Of a DNA stretch of 64,000 nucleotides, positions 55,561 to 64,000 are shown piece by piece. Each line of letters begins with the position of its first letter. Within the stretch, counting starts at the first letter, position 1. The stretch covers positions 332,568,001 to 332,632,000 of the forward strand of contig OZ024741.1 in assembly GCA_964016885.1 (NCBI GenBank). Reading direction: 5' to 3'. The DNA is from Eledone cirrhosa (lineage: Eukaryota). Position numbers and translations under genes: made by a program. The notes under the pieces are model-generated. The model saw nothing but the letters and a program-made list of their open reading frames with translations, was not told the origin of the DNA and searched no databases.

Positions 55561-56039
55561 TAAATTTATTTATTAGCCACAAGGGCACAAAAGAAGGGGA
55601 CAAATACAAATGGGGTGTTTACATACAGGTATATGAAAATAAAACTATTAATAAAATAACAAATATATATAGATAGATAGCTAGATAGATAGATAAATAG
55701 ACAGATAAATAGATAGATAAAGAGAAAGAGTGATTGATATATTTGATATATATATATGAATGTAGAAACCAAGCCAGAACCAGTTCTGCATGTGCAAGAC
55801 ACTGTCATCTGATCTGATTTGTCTCACAATGGAACTACTCATTTAACCCATGCTAGCATGGAAAAATGGACGTTAAATTGTGGTGATGATGATGATGAAC
55901 GAAATAAGATCAACTTGCTTCAGGAAAACTCTGAATACCTAGCAAGGTATACACCAGTTTGCCATGGATTTTATATAGTATATTCTATATAATATATATA
56001 ATATAGTATTTCTTTAGTAATTACAACCATACATTTAGG

Positions 56040-56090
<51 letters not shown>

Positions 56091-56218
56091 AAAAGGTAAC
56101 ACACTAGAGATATACAGTGCGCTATCAATAAAACAGGGAAAGAGCTCAAGATTTCTTCTCCTTTGAGCACATTATTTACAGGGAATGGCGAGGCTCTATG
56201 GGTCCGTTAATTTATCGT

Positions 56219-56254
<36 letters not shown>

Positions 56255-56341
56255 GGAGGTGAGTTTTATTGTAGTACAATAAAGCAATAATAAAATGCGC
56301 ATAATAAAATACATGGAACTCCTTTAACCATCTTTTGATCT

Positions 56342-56394
<53 letters not shown>

Positions 56395-56594
56395 AATATA
56401 TATTATATATACCCACTATTACCCACTCTACTACCCTAAGTATTGAGTACTTTGGTGCGTTATGGTCCACCTGGTTCCTTACCACATTCCCTTCGTTACA
56501 AATATATATATATATATATATTTGTATATATATATGTGTGTGTGTGTATCAAAAAAGATATCAATATATAATATAACAATCATATATATATGAT

Positions 56595-56669
56595 TGTCCC
56601 CCCAAAATGTATACACACTTTGATTAAAATGTTGCTGAAGTGTGTATACATTTTCGGGGGACACCCTGT
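56595..56669. mobile_element. Tc1/mariner-type palindromic MITE
   Basis: TGTCCCCC-AAAATGTATACACACTT ... AAGTGTGTATACATTTT-GGGGGACACCCTG inverted arms. Confidence 0.65.
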
Positions 56670-59639
56670 TTATATATATATATATTTATCTATATATATA
56701 TATATGTTGTATTTTTGAAGGGTCCTGCAATCAGCTGAAACACACACCAGTTTTTGCCTTTCATCCTTATGGGGGCGATAAAATAAAGTACCAGTAATAC
56801 ACTGGGGTAATTGCTGGCCTTGTACCAAAAGTAGAAACAATTATTATTATTATAATAAGCTTTGGCAGTATAGAGTTATGGCCCTTTACGTTCTGAGTTC
56901 AAATTCCGCCAACGTTAACTTTGCCTTTTATCCTCACGGGGTCAACAAAATAAAGCACCAGTAATGCACTGGGATAATTGCTGGCCTTGTGCCATAGTAG
57001 AAATATTATTATTATAATTAATCAATTGAGGGAGATGGATTGGCAGTATTGCTAGAGTATCGGACATGTTCTGCAGCATATAGTTATGGCCCTTTACGTT
57101 CTGAATTTTTTATTTTTCTTTATTTATTTAATATCTTTTTTTAAAGATTTGTTTCCAAGAAATTATGCAATGCAAGTATTTGAATTTTAATCATGTTTAG
57201 CCTTGCAGAAATGAATTTAATTTTTCTGTAAATAGTTTTTTTTACTTTTGAAAATGTTACTGGGAGGTCCCCTCACAGTAGCCTGTAACCCAGAGGCATA
57301 CACAATGATTCATACAAATATGATAGCTACTATTTATAGTATCTTTACCTGTGAACATAACATTGTGGAAATATACAGTATTAGTGTAAAGACTTCCATT
57401 TTTAATGTAATGCAGTCATAGTTGATGTTTTGTAATTTTAAGAATGTCTTACTAATGTGGTTTCATGTGGTGCAGGACATTAAAGTGTATGCTCTAATCA
57501 CTTTGACAACATTGCTAATAATTGTTTCTAACCCATGGTAGTGTGGAAGGTGGACGTTAAATGATAATGATGATGATGATGATGATGACGACTATAGGCC
57601 AGCAGTTTGAAAGGGGAGGGGAAATTCGATGAAATCGACCCAGTGCATTACTGGTGCTTTATTTTATTGACCCTGTAATGGATGAAAGGCAAAGCTAACC
57701 ACAGCTGGATTTGAACGCACAACGTAAGGGGTCGTAACTCTATGCTATGAAGCATGTTGTCCGATACTCTACAATAATTGTTTCTACTTTAGGCACAAGG
57801 CCAGCAATTACCCAGTGCATTACTGGTACTTTATTTTATCGACTCCGTAAGGATGAAAGGCAAAGTCAACCTCGGCGGGATTTGAACTCAGATCGTAAAG
57901 GGATGTAACTATGCTGGAAAGCATGGCGTCCGACCCTCCACCGATACTGCCAATCCACCACCCTCTTTGTGCTTTATTTTATTGACCCTGTAATGGATGA
58001 AAGGCAAAGCTAACCACAGCTGGATTTGAACGCACAACGTAAGGGGTCGTAACTCTATGCTATGAAGCATGTTGTCCGATACTCTACAATAATGGTTTCT
58101 AATTTAGACACAATGTCAACAATTTTGATGACAGAAAAGGTCAATTATATCAATCCAAGTATATTACTGGTATTTTATTTTATTTAACCTAGTACATGTC
58201 TAGTATTTTATTTTATCAACCCCAGTATCTTACAGGTATTTTATTTTATCGATCCCAGTACATGACTGGTAATTTATTTGATGTATCTCAGAAGTATGAA
58301 AGGCAAAGTTGAGCATGTCAGGATTTGAACTCAGAATATAGAAAGTAAAAACTAATACCACAAGACATTTGTCTGATGCTCTATCGATACAGCCAATCCT
58401 CTGCTCTAACATGAAGGTTTCTAATTTTGGTACAAGGCCAGCAATTTTAGAAAGAGTCCAATCCAATCCAAATCCTTATCACTCCTTTTGGAGGAACTCA
58501 TCCCTGGTTGATCTCTACCGCTTTCATTTTAGTTTTGGTCATATTAGGATTGTAGCTGCACTCACCACATTTGGATAATTGTGGATTGGTGAGGATATTT
58601 GACCCATAGGAGTTGATGGCTGTTAACTCTGAGAAGTTCATCTGCCCTTTTTACTGCTCTTGTTTTGTTGTTGTTTTTTGTGTGCTGTTGGGGTTCCACT
58701 TACCCTCTTCACCAGACCAGCATTTGATTGAGGATCTGCTTTAGTCACTGAGCACTTGACCATATTGTACTGGGTTACATGATACCATCATCATCATCAC
58801 CAGTTAACGTCCATTTTTCCAGGCTGGCATGGGTAGTAGGCAAAAGCCTAACTGAATATATAAAGAGTAAAGGCAATTAAATCAATCCTAGTACTCAACT
58901 GGTACTTTTATTTTACTACCCCCTACCTCCACCTACCCAGAAAGATGGTAAACAAAGTCGACCATGGTAGCATTTAAAATCAGAATATAAAGAGCCTAAA
59001 CAAATACTTTAAGGCTTTTTTCTGACACTTTACCTATTTTGACAATAAAGGCAGTTGAATTCTACCTGGAAATGATGACCAACTCTTTTATTTAAGAAGA
59101 TACTTCTATGATATAGCTTTTGTCAGAGCTGACTAGAGTTATGGCATTATATAACCATAAGCCCACACATATCTATATCATTATCAGCTGAACAGTTGTC
59201 TGATTTTCACAGTAGCTCTAAAACTTTTAACTTACCCTACAGCATATATTGATTAATAAGGCAAATATGTTTACTAAGCAGGAGAAAAAATAAAATATCA
59301 ACACAAATGTCTCTAATTCACACATACATACATATATATATATACATACATACATATGAGTATACATACATATGTTTATACACCTATACATACATACACA
59401 TGCACATACATCCATCCATACAAATGCACATATACATATATACACCTATACATGCATACATAAATACATATACCTATCCATACAAACAAACATATACATA
59501 TATACACCTATACATGCATACATATAGACATCCATCCATACAAACACATATAAATATATGCACATATACATGCATACATACATATATACATACATATACA
59601 CATGCATCATCGTCATCATTTAACATCCACATTCGCAAC

Positions 59640-60040
59640 TGTACATATATACTTACACACATACATATAAACAATAGATGCACATACATACTTACACACA
59701 TACATATAAACAATTGATGCACATACATACTTATGCACATACATATAAACAATAGATGCACATACATACTTATACACATACATATAAACAATAGATGCAC
59801 ATACATACTTATACACATACATATAAACAATAGATGCACATACATACTTATACACATACATATAAACAATAGATGCACATACATACTTATACACATACAT
59901 ATAAACAATAGATGCACATACATACACAGATACATATAAACAATAGATGCACATACATACATACATAGATACATATAAACAATAGATGCACATATATACA
60001 TACATAGATACATATAAACAATAGATGCACATACATACAT
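59640..60040 (+). repeat. 39 bp minisatellite, ~10 copies
   Basis: Unit ACATATAAACAATAGATGCACATACATACTTATACACAT. Confidence 0.92.
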
Positions 60041-60199
60041 AGATACATACATACAGACAGATAGACAGACAAACAGCCAGACATTGTCATCGTTTAACAT
60101 CCTCTTTCTGTGCTGTGCATACACTTACAGACATACATATACACAATAAATGCACAGTTAAATATACACACACGTACACAGAAACATACATATATACAT

Positions 60200-60242
<43 letters not shown>

Positions 60243-60698
60243 TACTACATATATACATACATACATACATATATACTTACATATATACATACATGCATGT
60301 ATACATATATACATGCACATGCATACATACACACATACATACACATTCATATATTCATATACTTACATAAGTTCATGTATATACATACACATGCACATAT
60401 ATACACTCACATGTATATATACACACACACATACATAAATTCATATATTAACTCACATACATACATGCATACAAACATACACTCATGTTTGGGTGCATGC
60501 ATAAACATACACACACACACATATGCACACTCACACACACACACATACAAGAGTGATTCTTAGTAGAAAACATGAAATAAAGAATATTCAATTAATTTAG
60601 AAATATCAAAGTTGAAAGAAATTTGGTATTGATACGCCTTGGAATTTTTTAAACTTTTAATTGCATAAAATTTTGAACATTTGTAAAATATTTATACA

Positions 60699-60762
<64 letters not shown>

Positions 60763-60764
<2 letters not shown>

Positions 60765-61400
60765 AATAACAGGGATCAGATGTTGTTTACTCGAGAGAAG
60801 ACTACGTTGGTACGGTCACGTGATGTGCATGAAAGACAACAGCTGTATAAAAAAGTGTAGGGCGATAAAAATAGACGGTAGCCACAGAGTAGGCAGACCC
60901 AGAAAAAACCTGGGACGACTTGATAAATTCCGACCTCACACACTTACACCTCTCCAAGACAATGTCACTGGACCGAGATCTTTGGCGCTACACAGTCATA
61001 CAGAAGACCGCCTTGCCTAAGTACAAAGCAAAACCTACAGTCAGTAGGCACCTCTAACAAAATACACCCCGTCCCACTACCCCCACCCCATCCACACCAC
61101 CCCCTTAAATGTGAAGTTATGTTGGTACCACAACTTCCAGTCCGAAACAAATGAGGTCGTGTAGGTGTCACGGCAAAAAAACACAGTCCACGCTGTAATG
61201 TGGCTGTGTAGGTAACACGGTAAAAACCTCCCAGTCCACACTGTAAACGTGGTTGGTGTTAGGAAGGGCATCCAGCCGTAGAAAACCCGCCAGACAGTCC
61301 TATAAGAGCAGGTCAACAAATCTTGCCTCAAGTGGGAAAACTCCCGTCCAAACCCATGCAAGCGTGGAAGATGGACGTTAAACGATGATGATGATGATGA
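60763..61400 (+). mobile_element. 5'-truncated RTE LINE copy
   Basis: GIRCCLLERRLRWYGHV..., 3' UTR and (GAT)n tail; inserted in (TA)n. Confidence 0.9.
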
Positions 61401-62950
61401 TATATATATATGTGTGTGTATATTCATAGCATCATCATCATGATCAACATCATTATTTTGCATACATATATATATGTTTATATATACACATACATACACA
61501 AATTCGTACATATATATATGTGTATATATGTGTGTGAGTAAAGATGTATATATTTCTGAATTATTCAAATATTAAACTTGCTTAAAACTCATTTTTCTCA
61601 AAGTAAAATGTTAATTATTTTTCATAAAATATTTAAAGTTTAATGCTACTAAATTTTATTATTTTTTTTTATCTTTGATTTGACTTAAGCATCGTTTCTT
61701 GTAAGCAGTGTAATTATTTCAATTAATACCAGAATATTACTGGTACTGTAATTGTTATACTATGTTGTGTTGAAAAACGGATTTATTTCTAATAGGCTTT
61801 CATTTCACATTCAAGCACCAAATATAGATAAGCCATGAGTACCTTTACATGTTTACTTGATCTTGCTAGAAATAGCTGCCAAATCTCCCTAAAATCCCAT
61901 ACTGTTTGTAGATTGCTAGAAGGGAGGTCTGTCCTATACATCTATCCATCACCCTTAGGCAAGACAACAAGGTTTGTTGATCATTCTTGTCTATTCCAGT
62001 GCCTTTGAGGCAAGCCAGCAAGTGCAACTTCATGCCAACAGTGTCTGTTTCCCATCAAGGTTTGTTGGTCATCCTTGTCAATTGAAGTGTCTCTTGCTAA
62101 TGTATCCTGGTATCTGAGCTTTCTGGTAGAGGAGATCTCCTACAACAAGAGGTCTGAAACCATCTTATATTTTGTACAGAAGCAGTGACCAGCAAACTTT
62201 GTACAATGTTCAATCAGTCATGCACTTAGTTGTGCACTTAGAAGAGGGGTAGGAAGGAAGGTATCCTCAAAACAGAGATCTGGACCAGGGTGGGCTCTGT
62301 AAAAGACACATAAGGGCCAGGTAGTGATATTAAACTGAGCAACAGATTAAGTATACTATCTTAAAAAGAATACAATGATACATTTGATAATGTATTCCTA
62401 GATACACTATGTCTTAATGTATTTCTTGATACACTTTTGATAATGTATTTCTAGATACACTTTGTCTTAAATGGGTACAAGGATTTCATATCATATCTGA
62501 AATGTTTCATCACCACTAACCTGGGGCTTAGCTACAATAATGATAACAACAACGATGATTAAAAAAACACCTAAATCTTGATACAACAAATAAAACATTA
62601 CTTGAGTTCTAGATAAATTGTTTCTCACTCTCATAAAGAAATTTTCTTGAAAATGTCAGGATTCTTGTCTGCCCAGTGGCATACAAACTTATCCAAATTA
62701 TGAAATGTCACTAAATTTAGATGCAGTCAAGCTTCAGCATTATATTTTCTTAGAAGAGGAATTGAACTCACAACATCATGATTGCGAATCCAATTCTCTA
62801 ACCACTAAGCCATATGCCTTCACAGCCAATATAAGGTTGCATAACGATTGTTATTCTCATATCAATATTTACTAATGGAATATTTCCCAGATTTATTTTG
62901 TTGTGACAATCTAATTTATAAATGTGCTCATAAATTTATGTCTTTAATTA

Positions 62951-62987
62951 TACTAATAAACTAATATTTTTTCTCTTCTTTTTTCAG
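62951..62987 (+). promoter_or_regulatory. 3' splice site (branch point, polypyrimidine tract, CAG) upstream of the protocadherin coding exon
   Basis: TACTAAT/ACTAAT branch-like motifs at 62951-62965, then TTTTTTCTCTTCTTTTTTCAG ending at 62987, 39 nt before the ATG. Confidence 0.8.
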
Positions 62988-63026
62988 AAAAATATCGATG
63001 TTATGATCTTTTGAATGTAACAGCTT

Positions 63027-64000
63027 ATGAATATAAATATGTTAGTATTGGTGTATATAGTGTTTGCTTTGTTCCCTCAATGCCTGAGTGGGAAACTAAC
63101 TTATTATGTTGAGGAGGAGAAAAGTCCTGGTACTTATGTTGGCGATATTGCAGCCGACACGCAACTATTGGACAGTATACCAGTTGAAAACCCTGACTTA
63201 ATTAGATTCAGTCAGTTACAACAAAGTGCTACAAGTGATTCTGACCTCTTCAATGTTTCAAGAACTGGAAAGCTGTACACAGCCAAGAAACTAGATGCCG
63301 AAATGCTGTGTGTTTACAATGTAGAGTGTTTCAAAACTCTCAAAATCGCAGTTCACCAAGCAGGAACATTCATGAGGATTTTAAAGATAAAGGTCTTTAT
63401 CAAAGACGTCAACGACCATGAACCAAAGTTTCCCAAAAAAGAAACTGAACTCTATTTTGATGAAAATGATCAAGAGGGAACAACTCAATCAATTCCAGAT
63501 GCTGTGGATAAAGATGTTGGCATTCTGAATTCACAGATTACATACCAGCTTCGCAAGAATTCAGATGAACCTTTCACTTTGTCTACTTCTAAGAGAGTTG
63601 ATGGCCGAGCTAAACTTGAAATAATTCTGGAAGCCAAACTCGATAGAGAATTAAGAGAAAACTACATGGTGCAAATTGTATCCAAAGACGGTGGATTTCC
63701 ATCCAAGGAAGGTTTATTAAATATAAAAATATCCGTCAATGATGAAAATGACAATCCCCCTGTGTTTTCTCAGAGTGTATATAATATTTCTATCAAACAC
63801 ACCCATCAAATGAATACACCTGTTGTAATCTTGTCTTCCAAAGACTTAGATTCTGGTAAATATGGAAGAGTATCATACCTCTTCAGTTCTAAGACATCAG
63901 ACTTAGCTCAGTCTTATTTCCATGTCGAAGAAAGCACAGGAGAAATATTTGCTAAAAAACAATTTCCCTCCATTCAAAAACTGTCTTATAAGTTATTTGT
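63027..64000 (+). CDS. Protocadherin, N-terminal part (signal peptide, EC1, EC2, most of EC3); ORF open to the window end
   Basis: Manual translation: MNINMLVLVYIVFALFPQCLSGKLTYYVEEEKSPGTYVGDIAAD...KLDAEMLCVYNVECF...KDVNDHEPKF...DAVDKDVG...LDRE...KDGG...NDENDNPPVF...KDLDSG...TGEIF. It has a hydrophobic signal peptide, the protocadherin EC1 C-x5-C loop and DxNDxxP linkers. An in-frame TAA at 63018-63020 precedes the ATG; a second ATG is at 63039. Confidence 0.95.
   Translation, partial: MNINMLVLVYIVFALFPQCLSGKLTYYVEEEKSPGTYVGDIAADTQLLDSIPVENPDLIRFSQLQQSATSDSDLFNVSRTGKLYTAKKLDAEMLCVYNVECFKTLKIAVHQAGTFMRILKIKVFIKDVNDHEPKFPKKETELYFDENDQEGTTQSIPDAVDKDVGILNSQITYQLRKNSDEPFTLSTSKRVDGRAKLEIILEAKLDRELRENYMVQIVSKDGGFPSKEGLLNIKISVNDENDNPPVFSQSVYNISIKHTHQMNTPVVILSSKDLDSGKYGRVSYLFSSKTSDLAQSYFHVEESTGEIFAKKQFPSIQKLSYKLF

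Overview
This is AT-rich animal genomic DNA full of microsatellites. It is most likely an octopus or other cephalopod, inferred from the protocadherin type and the SINE/RTE repeat families. The only intact host coding sequence is the 5' part of a protocadherin. It starts at 63027 on the + strand, runs off the window end and is absent from the ORF track. It is preceded by a splice acceptor at 62987, and a candidate non-coding first exon lies about 50 kb upstream (~11645-12391). The rest is repeat-derived: a nearly full-length RTE LINE plus truncated copies, R4/Dong-like and CR1 LINE relics, two tRNA-derived SINE families, hAT/piggyBac/Tc1-mariner MITEs, a Helitron and minisatellites. The most striking hidden signal is about 16 type I hammerhead ribozyme (HHR) motifs from about 7 sequence families, read by eye on both strands. 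Most have a very short, often palindromic stem III of the Penelope-like-element/retrozyme type. They sit in short non-coding units, often fold-backs, next to (TA)n tracts, and many share a downstream ACTCC...GAGTGC motif. There is also a tandem dimer of an internally deleted RTE, resembling Bov-A2. Nearly all ORFs in the supplied track are microsatellite artefacts.
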